From Candidatus Omnitrophota bacterium (GTDB lineage Bacteria; Omnitrophota; Gorgyraeia; JAHJTE01): a stretch of DNA of 64,000 bases. A model generated the notes under the pieces. The model was given only the letters and a program-made list of their open reading frames with translations, ran no database searches and was not told the DNA's origin. The position numbers and the translations under genes are program-made. Shown piece after piece: positions 1-9,875 of the stretch; position 1 is the first letter of the stretch, and every line of letters begins with the position of its first letter. The stretch spans positions 257,332-321,331 of the forward strand of contig JAHJTE010000001.1 of assembly GCA_018830005.1 (NCBI GenBank), given 5' to 3'.

Positions 1-1020
1 TTGTTGCTTTTTATTGGAGCTTGCGTTATTTCGACTTCTTTGGCCTTATTAGCAGATGAAATTTCACTACAGGAGAGTTATTTTTATATCTTGAAATATT
101 TTGAGTATTTTTTGTTATATTTTATGGTCGTGAATAATATAAATAGCTTTAAACAGATTAAGATATTTACTGCTTTTCTTTTTCTTGTCTGCATTATAGT
201 TAGCTTTTATACTTATCCCCAAATTGCCGCACTGGAGAAGACCACAGCGCCATTTGAAGGACCAGGAGGTGGTGAACCAAATACCTTAGGCGGCTATCAA
301 ATATTATTGTTGGCTATTAGCGCAGGTGTACTTTTATATACTAAATCGCCATTCTGGAGATTTTCTAGCATTGGGCTTATTGTATCTACATTCCCTTCAT
401 TTTTATATACCCAGTCAAGAGGAAGTTATTTGGGATTTATATTTATGTATGCAGCCTTCATATTATTAAGTAGAAAGACCAGGATATTGTTTATTGTGCT
501 ATTAGTAATCGCTATACTTATTTTTCCTTTCGTTATTCCGCGAGTAGTTACAGATCGCATAGCTTACACATTTAAGTCTGGAGAAAAGTTCGATGTTTTT
601 GGCGAAACTGTAATCTTAGAGGATGCAGCAGCAGCACGCGTTAAGAATTTAAGATTAGTTTTCCGAGAATGGAAGAAGCGCCCGGTTTTTGGTTACGGGG
701 TTACCGGAGTAAGATTAGTAGATACTCAATATGCCCGTGTATTAGGGGAGACGGGAATTGTTGGCTCTTGGATATTTGTCTGGATGCTAGTAGCTATTTT
801 TAAGATTTGTTTTAGAGCCTTTAAGGCCACTGATGATAATTGGTCGAAAGGCCTAATAATAGGTTTTCAGGCTGGATTTATCGGGTTATTATTTCACTCC
901 TTCTCTGCCGAGACTTTTATTATTGTGCGGATTATGGAGCCGTTTTGGTTTTTTTTAGCGATGATTAATTTCATATCAAATAAAGCTAACGCAGAAGCTA
1001 ATGCTGAAAAATCAGCATAA
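1..1020 (+). CDS. O-antigen ligase/polymerase (Wzy_C/WaaL-like) membrane protein, 5' truncated by window edge
   Basis: Many TM segments; motifs GEPNTLGGY, TQSRGSYLG, PVFGYG and DTQYARVLGETGIVG typical of the Wzy_C family. Confidence 0.8.
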   Translation: MLLFIGACVISTSLALLADEISLQESYFYILKYFEYFLLYFMVVNNINSFKQIKIFTAFLFLVCIIVSFYTYPQIAALEKTTAPFEGPGGGEPNTLGGYQILLLAISAGVLLYTKSPFWRFSSIGLIVSTFPSFLYTQSRGSYLGFIFMYAAFILLSRKTRILFIVLLVIAILIFPFVIPRVVTDRIAYTFKSGEKFDVFGETVILEDAAAARVKNLRLVFREWKKRPVFGYGVTGVRLVDTQYARVLGETGIVGSWIFVWMLVAIFKICFRAFKATDDNWSKGLIIGFQAGFIGLLFHSFSAETFIIVRIMEPFWFFLAMINFISNKANAEANAEKSA

Positions 1021-2083
1021 GTCAAGAGCCCAAGAGGATATGGGCAGTAATCTGGTAAGATTTCTAAAGAATATACTTAAAACCCTGTTTTATTATTTAG
1101 GAATTTTTAAGATTTTTGCTTTTATTTCTAAAAGCCAGAAGAGGATGCCCATTCTTCTTTATCATCGCGTTATACAGGATAGCTCTAGGAAAACGCACAC
1201 TTGCGCATTCGCCTTAAGGGGATTAGCGATTTCAAAGGAGGGGTTTCGAAGACAGATTGAGTATCTAGTTAGAAATTACAAAGTTATCAGTTTAGGAGAG
1301 TACATAAAAAAGAGGCAACTCAGGCAATCTCTTCGTGGTTGCGCTGTTATTACTTTCGATGACGGATTCAGGGATTTTAGAGAAACAGCATTAGGAGTGC
1401 TTAGAAAAAATAATTGTCCGGCAACAGTTTTTATTATTGGGAATAGCCAAAGGCAAGTTTACTGGCGGCATAAACTTTATGCGATTCTTGATCATTCAGA
1501 GAAAAAGCAGTGTAAATTTATGCTGGATTCCCGTACCCCTGTTTCTATATCCTTAATAAATGAAAATGATAAATATGCGACCTTACTTTTATTAATAGAT
1601 ATTTTAGAAAAATTATCAGACGAGAAGAGAGAGAATATTATTACTAGATTAAGAGAGGAATTGGCTGTTTCTAAAGGTGTCAATATTGACGATCTTTATC
1701 TTAGTCCGGGAGACTTAAAGAACTTGCTTAAGGCGAATCTGGAAATAGGCGCACATTCCCTGTCACATCGCGACTTAACAACGTTGGATAAGCAGAGTTT
1801 CAAGAGAGAAATAGATGATTCTTTAGAATATGTAAAAGAGATCACTGGGAAAAATGATGTATCTTTTTCTGTGCCCTTTGGTGTGATTAATGAGGAAATT
1901 GTTGAATATCTAAAGTTAAACAACGTCAAGGCTAACGTGACTGGCAAGGAAGGATTAAATAGGCACGATGAAGACATTTTTCTTTTAAAGAGATTATTTA
2001 TTGCAGAAGATAATCTGGCGCAATTTGTGTATAAAATCTCTGGGACGCAGATGTTTTTAAGAGACGTTTGGAAAAATTCATGA
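1001..2083 (+). CDS. Polysaccharide deacetylase (NodB/CE4 family)
   Basis: ILLYHRV, ITFDDG, IGAHSLSH motifs; true start may be ATG 1040. Confidence 0.85.
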   Translation: MLKNQHKSRAQEDMGSNLVRFLKNILKTLFYYLGIFKIFAFISKSQKRMPILLYHRVIQDSSRKTHTCAFALRGLAISKEGFRRQIEYLVRNYKVISLGEYIKKRQLRQSLRGCAVITFDDGFRDFRETALGVLRKNNCPATVFIIGNSQRQVYWRHKLYAILDHSEKKQCKFMLDSRTPVSISLINENDKYATLLLLIDILEKLSDEKRENIITRLREELAVSKGVNIDDLYLSPGDLKNLLKANLEIGAHSLSHRDLTTLDKQSFKREIDDSLEYVKEITGKNDVSFSVPFGVINEEIVEYLKLNNVKANVTGKEGLNRHDEDIFLLKRLFIAEDNLAQFVYKISGTQMFLRDVWKNS

Positions 2084-2108
2084 GGCATTAATTCCGACAA
2101 AAATAAAG

Positions 2109-3581
2109 ATGAATAAGCCATTCAATTTAAGAACTCATATGCTTAGCGGACTCAGGTGGGTTGGTCTTTCTCGATTATTTCGTTGCGGATTACAGATTGT
2201 CTTTATTGCTATTTTAGCCCGTCTGTTGTCTCCGGAAGATTTTGGTATTATGGCTATAGTGATGACGTTTATGGCCGCCTCTTTAATATTTGGAGATTTG
2301 GGTTTAAGTTCAGCTATTGTGCAGAAGAGGCAGATTAGAGAAATAACACTTTCCACATCATTATGGTTATGTATTTTAGCTGGTTTTATATTATTTATAA
2401 TAATGCTTAATTGTGCGCAATTGATATCGAGATTTTTCCGTAAAGAAATTATTGCTCCGCTTATTATGACTATATCCATAAAATTTATAATAGATTCTTT
2501 TGGCATCGTGCATGAGACATTGCTGCGAAAAGACCTGCTTTTTAAAAGGATAGCCTTTGTTGAAATCTCTGAAACTGTATTTTATGGCGCTTCTTCAGTA
2601 ATCTTTGCCTTAAATGGCTTTGGTGTTTGGAGTTTAGTTTTTGGATATCTCCTAGGCAGTCTAATCAGGACTATTTGTTTATGGGGGGCCTGCTCCTGGC
2701 GGCCGGCCTTAAGATTTAACTTAAGTAGCTTTGGGGAAATTTTTTATTTTGCCAGAAATGTGCTCGGCTTTAAGATAGTTAACTATTTAACTACCAACCT
2801 AGATCGTCTCATAATCGGCAGAATACTGGGAAGCGTTGCTTTAGGCTATTATTCCATGGCTTATAATATTTCTAATCTTCCCAGAGAAAAACTCTCTTCA
2901 ATAGTAAACAGAGTTGGTTTTCCTGCCTTTTCTAAGATACAGAATGATAAGATCCAGCTAAGGAATGCCTATTTAAAAATCATAACTTATGCAGCAATAA
3001 TAGTTTTTCCTTTGCTTTCTGGCTTAATTATTCTCTGCCCTGAATTTGTGAGGGTTGTATTTACGCAGAAATGGAGCGCAATGGTTGTCCCGCTTCAATA
3101 TTTATGCTTAGGGGCAATGTTTTTTTCTATAACCTCTTTTGTGGGGATAGTGTTTCTTGCTACAGGGCATGCGGAATTTGAATTACGTCTTTCTATTATT
3201 TCTTTGTTTTCAATTGTAATCGCTCTAATTTTTGGTGTTAGATTTGGTGTTGTCGGCATAGCCAGAGGAATTTGTATATATGCAGTAGTTATAAATATTA
3301 TTGGGCAGCTATTTATCAGGCAGCTGATTAAAATGGGTTTGAGGAGTTATTTAAAAGCATTGTATCCGGCGATAATTCCTTCGGCGATTATGTGTTTGGT
3401 CCTTAAATTGTTTTTAATATGGCAGAATTTGAATTTAGGATTAGGGGATATCTTGTTGCTTGTTAGTTCTGTGGCCTTAGGGCTGTTTATTTATCTTTTG
3501 AGCCTTTTTGTTGTAAGCCCTTCCTTAGCTAAAGAGATCAGAGAAATGTTCATTATCAAAAACCATGAGAGCCTCACTTAA
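2109..3581 (+). CDS. wzx: Wzx-type polysaccharide flippase (WzxC/PST family)
   Basis: LARLLSPEDFG, LGYYSMAY, FPAFSKIQ motifs; about 12-14 TM segments. Confidence 0.85.
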   Translation: MNKPFNLRTHMLSGLRWVGLSRLFRCGLQIVFIAILARLLSPEDFGIMAIVMTFMAASLIFGDLGLSSAIVQKRQIREITLSTSLWLCILAGFILFIIMLNCAQLISRFFRKEIIAPLIMTISIKFIIDSFGIVHETLLRKDLLFKRIAFVEISETVFYGASSVIFALNGFGVWSLVFGYLLGSLIRTICLWGACSWRPALRFNLSSFGEIFYFARNVLGFKIVNYLTTNLDRLIIGRILGSVALGYYSMAYNISNLPREKLSSIVNRVGFPAFSKIQNDKIQLRNAYLKIITYAAIIVFPLLSGLIILCPEFVRVVFTQKWSAMVVPLQYLCLGAMFFSITSFVGIVFLATGHAEFELRLSIISLFSIVIALIFGVRFGVVGIARGICIYAVVINIIGQLFIRQLIKMGLRSYLKALYPAIIPSAIMCLVLKLFLIWQNLNLGLGDILLLVSSVALGLFIYLLSLFVVSPSLAKEIREMFIIKNHESLT

Positions 3582-4230
3582 AATTCTCTATCACAAAATT
3601 GTTTCTAAAGTTAAGTCATTGGATAAGGCTACGTCCTATAAACTTGGAGATATCCTGAGGAACTTGACGGACGTCAATACGAGAAGGTACTGGGATCGCA
3701 TATTTTCAAAAACAGATGAGTTCTTGCGCGATTTTCCTTATGAACCTTTAAAGGATATCTTGCCTAAAGACAGGTCATTTTCTCTTCTGGATATAGGTTG
3801 CGCCATGGGGGATGGCTTAAATATTTTAAAAACATATTTTCCTAAGGCGCATTTTGAGGGGGCAGATATAAGTGCAGTTGGTATAGAAAAGGCCAAGGTT
3901 AAAACTAAAGATATTAATTATTTTGTTTTAGATTTAAAGACTCAGGAGCCACCCAGGAAATATGACTTTATCACATTAATCCACACTTTGGAACACTTCA
4001 ATGATCCCTTCGCTATTGTAGATAAATGTTTAAAGTTTACTAATGAAGCGCTGATTGTGCGCACACCTTATATAGAGCAGTTTGATAATCCCCGGCTTTA
4101 TTTAAGCGGTGAGCATCGGCATCTTTTTAATAAACATACATTCGAAAAGTATAATTGCGAAGTCTTACATATTAGTGACCATATCGAGGCGGGCGGGTAC
4201 AAATATATTTTGTATAGAATAGAACCATAA
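3565..4230 (+). CDS. Class I SAM-dependent methyltransferase
   Basis: LLDIGCAMG motif I, GADIS, HTLEH. Confidence 0.85.
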   Translation: MRASLKILYHKIVSKVKSLDKATSYKLGDILRNLTDVNTRRYWDRIFSKTDEFLRDFPYEPLKDILPKDRSFSLLDIGCAMGDGLNILKTYFPKAHFEGADISAVGIEKAKVKTKDINYFVLDLKTQEPPRKYDFITLIHTLEHFNDPFAIVDKCLKFTNEALIVRTPYIEQFDNPRLYLSGEHRHLFNKHTFEKYNCEVLHISDHIEAGGYKYILYRIEP

Positions 4231-4242
4231 TTTCTTTAATTA

Positions 4243-5058
4243 ATGGTGCTTAATATATTACTTAGATTAAGGGATAAGATTTCAAAGATTTTGATGTTTT
4301 CTGAAATTTACTGGCTTCCTCGCTACTATTCATTACTTAAAATAGCTAAATTTAAGAAAGGTGGATTGATATTAGATGCTGGTTGCGCACAGGGATTAAT
4401 TGCGATAGCGCTGGCCAAAAAGGGATTAAGGGTTATTGGCATTGATAAGTCAATTGAGGAAATTGCTCAAGCAAGAAAGCTTGTCTTTGATAAGGGTCTT
4501 AACAGCAAAATTCATTTTGTTGTTTGCGATCTATGTAACTTGCCTTTTAGCGGGAATCATTTTGATCATGTCATATCTCTAGATACCTTGGAATATATTG
4601 AAGATGATTTAACGGCTTTAAGAGAATGCGCCAGAGTGCTGAAGGCGCAAGGGAAATTAAGACTCGCCTTACCGCTAGGTTATGCCTGTAGCGCTAATCT
4701 TTTTTCCGTTCAACGAATATTGAGGAGATTGATACCTCATTCTTTCTTTAGCAGAGATTTGCCGCAAGGCAAAGCCTGGTTAGAGGCCGACGATGATTAT
4801 ATGATGAGAAAGCTCGGTGATGTGCGTAAGTATTCCTTGCAAGAAATAAAGAAAAAAACAGAGCCTCTTTTTAGGCTTTTGCGTAGTGTTTATTTCTTGA
4901 AGATATTTAGCTCTTTAGCTACGGATATAACTTATGGGATAAGAGGTCTAAGTAGATTTAAGTTCATTTTCTTTTTTCCTGCGGTACGAATTGATTATTA
5001 TGCCCAGAATAAGCAGCCCGGCTATGGTTTATTTTTAGAGTTAGTCAAGAAGGGATAG
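4243..5058 (+). CDS. Class I SAM-dependent methyltransferase
   Basis: ILDAGCAQG, LPFSGNHFD, ECARVLK. Confidence 0.85.
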   Translation: MVLNILLRLRDKISKILMFSEIYWLPRYYSLLKIAKFKKGGLILDAGCAQGLIAIALAKKGLRVIGIDKSIEEIAQARKLVFDKGLNSKIHFVVCDLCNLPFSGNHFDHVISLDTLEYIEDDLTALRECARVLKAQGKLRLALPLGYACSANLFSVQRILRRLIPHSFFSRDLPQGKAWLEADDDYMMRKLGDVRKYSLQEIKKKTEPLFRLLRSVYFLKIFSSLATDITYGIRGLSRFKFIFFFPAVRIDYYAQNKQPGYGLFLELVKKG

Positions 5059-5072
5059 TATAACTTAAAGAA

Positions 5073-6311
5073 ATGAAAATATTAAGCATTTCTAATCTGG
5101 ATATCTGGCCAGCAGGAGAGAATAAGGGCATACCTTCAATATTTTTTTCACAAAAAGGATTTGTCCAAAGAGGCCATGAGGTATTTTTTTTATCTCCAGC
5201 TAAGATGGGAAAAAGAGGTCAGGAGCTTTATCAGGGAATTAAAATTTTCAGATTTAAATTTCCCTTTTTGCGTTTATTCAGTTCTATTTCTTCTTTACGC
5301 TTAGATAGGTTTTGCTCTCATATAAAAAGCACCTTTCTTTCAAATTTAGAATTGTTATTTTTTCAGCTTCTTTCTTTATTTTGGGCGATTAAGATTGGCT
5401 GCAAGTTAAGGCCAGATCTTATTTATGTCCATAGCCTCACCCCTAGTTTTGTGGGGTGGTTAGCAAGTAAGTTACTAAGAACTAGGCTTGTGTTTAGAAT
5501 ATACGGAACCATAGACCTTTATTGGAAATTTAGGCGTCCCTTAGCCAGGATAAAAGAATTTAGGAGCTATCTTGTTTTTAAGTTAAGGCCAGATTATTTT
5601 GTAATTACTAGAGACGGCACTCAAGGTGCACGCTTAGCTAAGAAGTTAGGGGTAAGAGAGGAGAAAATAATAGATTACCGCAATGGTGTAGATTTTTCTA
5701 TGTATGCCCCAAACCTATATACCAAAGAAAAACTCTGCCAAGAATTAGGGATAGGGACGGATTCTAAGATTATACTTTCTCTTTCAAAGTTAATTCCTTT
5801 CTACGCAGTGGAGCGACTTATATTCTCTCTTGTAGAGCTTTTCAAAGTCGATCCCCATATCGTTTGTATCGTAGCCAGGGATGGTCCAGAAATGGCCAAA
5901 TTAAAGGAGTTTGTTAGCAATAATAATATTGAGAATAGAGTTATTTTTGTTGGCTACGTTGATCGGGAATTTGTTAAGAAATTGCTCAATGTCTGTGATG
6001 TTTTTGTCTCTGTATCAGAATACAGCAATACCAATAATGCCTTATTTGAGGCGATGGTCTGTGCCAGATGTATTGTAACCTTAAAGGATGAAACTATAGA
6101 GGAGACCCTTACTCATAAGAAGAATGCAATTCTAGTTCCTTTAGAAGAATTAAATAGCTTATCTAATATATTAGGAAAAGTTTTATCTGACGACTCAATG
6201 CGAGAGAGGCTAGGTAGGCAAGCCCAGAGCAGGGCTAGAGAAATTCTAGAGAGCTGGCCCGAGAGAATTGATAGGGAGGCGCAGTTACTCGAAGCTTTAA
6301 TAAAATCATAG
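5073..6311 (+). CDS. Glycosyltransferase family 4
   Basis: GT-B features: RGHEV, NGVD, DGPE, CDVFV..LFEAM. Confidence 0.85.
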   Translation: MKILSISNLDIWPAGENKGIPSIFFSQKGFVQRGHEVFFLSPAKMGKRGQELYQGIKIFRFKFPFLRLFSSISSLRLDRFCSHIKSTFLSNLELLFFQLLSLFWAIKIGCKLRPDLIYVHSLTPSFVGWLASKLLRTRLVFRIYGTIDLYWKFRRPLARIKEFRSYLVFKLRPDYFVITRDGTQGARLAKKLGVREEKIIDYRNGVDFSMYAPNLYTKEKLCQELGIGTDSKIILSLSKLIPFYAVERLIFSLVELFKVDPHIVCIVARDGPEMAKLKEFVSNNNIENRVIFVGYVDREFVKKLLNVCDVFVSVSEYSNTNNALFEAMVCARCIVTLKDETIEETLTHKKNAILVPLEELNSLSNILGKVLSDDSMRERLGRQAQSRAREILESWPERIDREAQLLEALIKS

Positions 6312-6594
6312 CAAGATTAAATAAGCAATAAAGGAGGCTAAAAACAGGGATTGGGGGACACATTTTATCTTAGCAGCAGGATTACTAGAGAGTTGTGGCT
6401 ATAATAAGTCAGCCACAAGCTACTCTGTTTTGTCGGTTATTGATAGAATTCCGGCGTACTTTCATCGCGTCTATGCCCATATCTTAGTGGATTAGCCAAA
6501 GATATTAGATGCAGCCATAGAGATATTTACAGGAATAAAGACCGGCGTAAATGAGGACTCTTATGAATACAAGAGGATCAAGGAAGATGAGTCT

Positions 6595-7016
6595 ATGTTA
6601 AGAGGTTATCTAAAAGATGCCAGAAAAATAATTATAGAGAACGAAAATTTAATAAGAGGAACAAATCCAGATCTGCGTCAGCGTCTTAGAGAGGCTGGCT
6701 ATAGGATAGCCCTGGTACCAGAAACCTGGGCATATCATCCTGCGCCAGGTAACTTCCTTGAGTTGATAAGTGTTTTTTTAAGAAAGGCATATGTTCAGCT
6801 TGGGTTTTCAAGAATTATCCAGAGTTGGTTTATGAGGCGCCTATCCATGAGCAGTCTCAATTTGTGGGTGAGGTGAGTCTGCGATATAGACTACAGCGAC
6901 ATCTTAAGATCATGTTTAAATCTTTTTTTTCTTTAAAATTAATACTTTTAGCCGTTGAATTAAGTTATAGCACAGGTTATGTCATTGGTTTATTGAGACC
7001 TCGGAGGCTGCAATAG
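6595..7016 (+). pseudogene. Frameshifted, 5'-truncated GT2 glycosyltransferase remnant
   Basis: ORFs 6595..6876 and 6825..7016 join if one T is added to the T7 run at 6773-6779 (..VFFKKGICSAWVFKNYPELVYE..). The joined peptide aligns by eye with the C-terminal half of GT2 9876..10697 (NENLxRG..H..P.N..YP.L..SY..GY..G). Confidence 0.7.
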
Positions 7017-7027
7017 ATAAACTTAAT

Positions 7028-7798
7028 ATGAAAGCAATTATTATTGCCGCAGGCATGGGGAGTCGTTTGAGTCCATTAACACGTAGTCTGCCTAAATGTA
7101 TGTTGCAGTTTAAGGGTAAGTCACTTCTAGAGCGCCAGCTTGAAGTCTTTAAAGCAGTTAATATAAAGAACATCATCTTGATTAAGGGGTATAGAAAAGA
7201 AAAAATAGATTATCCTAAAATTAAATATTATATCAACGATGACTATGAGAATAATAATATATTGAATTCTTTATTCTATGCAGAGCAAGAGATAGTAGGG
7301 GATGTTATTGTTTCCTATTCAGATATTCTCTTTAAAAGAAGCGTATTAGAAAAACTGCTTACCTCAAAAAATGACATTTCAATCGTAGTGGATAGAGACT
7401 GGAAAGAGAGTTATAAAGGGCGTAAATATCACCCTCAGGAAGAGGCGGAAAAGGTCATACTGGATGCTAATAATAATGTTTTGGAGATAGGGAAGGTCCT
7501 ATCAAAAAATCATGCTGTTTCTGGAGAATTTATTGGTTTGATGAAACTTAGCTCAAGCGGCTCAGGAATATTCAGAGAACATTTTAAAAGAGTGAAAAAG
7601 ATTTATTGGGGAAAGCCTTTTCAGAAAGCCGCTATCTTTCAAAAGGCCTATTTAACCGACATGATTCAAGAGATGTTGGATTGCGGTGCAAAGATTAACT
7701 CTGTAGTCATTGAGGGTGGTTGGAGAGAAATCGATACGATTGAAGATTACGAGAAGGCCTTAAAGGAATTGGGGCAATGTAGTGAATCCCATGATTAA
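7028..7798 (+). CDS. Phosphocholine/phosphonate cytidylyltransferase-like NTP transferase (LicC/PntC-like)
   Basis: AIIIAAGMGSRL..LPKC, YSDILF, GEFIGL, GGWREIDTIEDY. Confidence 0.8.
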   Translation: MKAIIIAAGMGSRLSPLTRSLPKCMLQFKGKSLLERQLEVFKAVNIKNIILIKGYRKEKIDYPKIKYYINDDYENNNILNSLFYAEQEIVGDVIVSYSDILFKRSVLEKLLTSKNDISIVVDRDWKESYKGRKYHPQEEAEKVILDANNNVLEIGKVLSKNHAVSGEFIGLMKLSSSGSGIFREHFKRVKKIYWGKPFQKAAIFQKAYLTDMIQEMLDCGAKINSVVIEGGWREIDTIEDYEKALKELGQCSESHD

Positions 7799-9092
7799 AA
7801 ATTTTTCTAACGACAATGATGTAAAGAAGAAGCTTAAATATTGGCGCAGAAGAGTTTTTATTTCTCTTTGGATAACCTATGCCTCATTTTATTTATGTCG
7901 AGTGAATATCTCTATTGCAATCCCTGGGATGTTAGAAGAGTATGCTCTGACAAAGACAGCTATGGGCGTAATACTCAGTGCTCTATTTTCTGCCTATGCT
8001 CTGGGACAATTTATAAATGGACAGTTAGGAGATAAATTTGGAGCCAGAAAATTAATCGCTTTGGGAGCAGTTGTTTCTTCGATATTGAATTTGATCTTTC
8101 CTGTCCTTCCGGGAATTGTATCAGTTTTAGCAATAGTTTGGGGCTTAAATGGATATTTTCAATCCATGGGATGGGCACCCAGTACCAAGACGATAGCTAA
8201 TTGGTTTCCAAGAAGTAGCCGGGGTAAGATTACCGGTATCTTCGGCTCTTGCTATCAAGTTGGTAATGCTTTTAGCTGGGCCTTAGCTGGATTTGTGGTA
8301 GGGTTGTTCGGGTGGCGATTTGCCTTTTGGATTCCCGCGGTTATTCTTATGTTTATTGCAATACAATGGTTTATTAACGGTCGCAATGCTCCCGAAGAAT
8401 TGGGTTTGCCTACAGTTGAGGATTGCCGAAATGGGACCTTTGATGTCAGAGAGAAAGCAAAAGATGAACATTTAGGGTTTAAGTTTACAATGCGTACTGT
8501 GTTGAGTAATCCTCAGATTTGGATGACCGGATTTGCTTTATTCGGTTTAAATATTGTAAGATATGGTTTTATGAGTTGGGCTCCTACTTATATGTTTGAG
8601 ATGGAGAATGTATCTGTGTCAGTCGCAGCTTACAAGGCGATAGCTATACCACTTGTTGGTTCCTTGGGTGCTTTTTTTGCTGGGTGGATTTCGGATAAAT
8701 TCTTTCAATCTCGTAGAGCCCCGATAGTAGTCTTTATGCTCATAGGTCTTATGTTTTTTACTATAATCTATCCTCATCTAAAGCATTTGCATTGGATCTT
8801 TAGTCTAATTTGTCTTATGGCTATAGGATTTACGATATATGGTCCGCATGTAATGATCTGTGCTACAATCCCTATGGATTATGCTTCTCGTAAGGCAACT
8901 GCCTCGGCAGCGGGGTTTATCGATGGCTTAGGATATATTGGCGCCGCATTGACCGGAGTTATTTCAGGATTTTTAGTTGATAATTATGGATGGAATGCAG
9001 CGTTTTATTTTTGGGTGACAGCAGTCTTTTTAGCTGTAATTTTGATGTCTTTGCAGTGGAGATACATTCCTAAAAGTGGTAAATATGAATAA
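7782..9092 (+). CDS. MFS transporter, organophosphate:Pi antiporter (GlpT/UhpT/PgtP) family
   Basis: FYLCRVN, NGYFQSMGW, WFP..RG, VRYG, GWISDK, AAGFIDGLGYIG; about 12 TM segments; alternative ATG at 7791. Confidence 0.85.
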   Translation: MNPMIKNFSNDNDVKKKLKYWRRRVFISLWITYASFYLCRVNISIAIPGMLEEYALTKTAMGVILSALFSAYALGQFINGQLGDKFGARKLIALGAVVSSILNLIFPVLPGIVSVLAIVWGLNGYFQSMGWAPSTKTIANWFPRSSRGKITGIFGSCYQVGNAFSWALAGFVVGLFGWRFAFWIPAVILMFIAIQWFINGRNAPEELGLPTVEDCRNGTFDVREKAKDEHLGFKFTMRTVLSNPQIWMTGFALFGLNIVRYGFMSWAPTYMFEMENVSVSVAAYKAIAIPLVGSLGAFFAGWISDKFFQSRRAPIVVFMLIGLMFFTIIYPHLKHLHWIFSLICLMAIGFTIYGPHVMICATIPMDYASRKATASAAGFIDGLGYIGAALTGVISGFLVDNYGWNAAFYFWVTAVFLAVILMSLQWRYIPKSGKYE

Positions 9093-9101
9093 GAACTAGA
9101 G

Positions 9102-9818
9102 GTGGATATGTTTGAGAATTTAGGTGAGATAAAAAAGACACAGAAATCTATGGAATGGTGGACAGAGCTTGTTATATATAAGTTCTCAACCCCCTTAGTC
9201 TCGTTGCTTAAGGATACTTCCATAACTGCAAATCAACTCACTTTAATTTCGCTAAGTGTTGTGATAATCGCATCTTTCATAATAGCCTTGGGTAATTATG
9301 CAGGTTTAATAATAGCAGCAATCTTATTACAGATTAGTTTTATACTAGATAATGCGGATGGACAGCTGGCTCGATATAGGAAGCAGGCCTCTGCATTTGG
9401 TCACTGGCTAGATTCTACATGCGATAGACTCTGTGAACTTTTCATACTTATGGCTCTGACTTATAGATTTTCTTTTGCCAACGACAAGGCATTATTTTTC
9501 GGTTTTTTTAGCCTTTTTCTTATTTATTATTATAACGGATTAGAGTTAAGAAATCCTGCTTATGTTGATCCTAAAGAGAAAAACAAGATAGAGGCTAAAG
9601 AAGGTGCTTTTTTTAGTCAGCTTAGAGTAGTTAAGAATAGACTTAAATGGATACCCTTTAATACGGGAGAGCAATATTTTTTATTCTCGTTATTTTTGGT
9701 TTTGAATCGAATAGATCTCTTCTTTTACTTCTTTATATGTTACGGCAGCCTATTTATAATTTTTCTTAGCGCTTATAAATATTATCAATATAGATTGTTG
9801 ATGAGAGAAGGCCGTTGA
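9102..9818 (+). CDS. CDP-alcohol phosphatidyltransferase family protein
   Basis: Signature DNADGQLARYRKQASAFGHWLDSTCD and ITANQLT; alternative ATG at 9108. Confidence 0.9.
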   Translation: MDMFENLGEIKKTQKSMEWWTELVIYKFSTPLVSLLKDTSITANQLTLISLSVVIIASFIIALGNYAGLIIAAILLQISFILDNADGQLARYRKQASAFGHWLDSTCDRLCELFILMALTYRFSFANDKALFFGFFSLFLIYYYNGLELRNPAYVDPKEKNKIEAKEGAFFSQLRVVKNRLKWIPFNTGEQYFLFSLFLVLNRIDLFFYFFICYGSLFIIFLSAYKYYQYRLLMREGR

Positions 9819-9875
9819 TAGAAAAGGTTGTTAGCTTAAAGTAATCTTAAGTCTTTTTAGGCCAGATAAATTAAT

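Noticed and set aside
6493-6495. In-frame TAG as possible stop-codon recoding
   Set aside because: TAG terminates many intact genes in this window (e.g. at 5058, 6311, 38503, 56469), so decay is the simpler explanation
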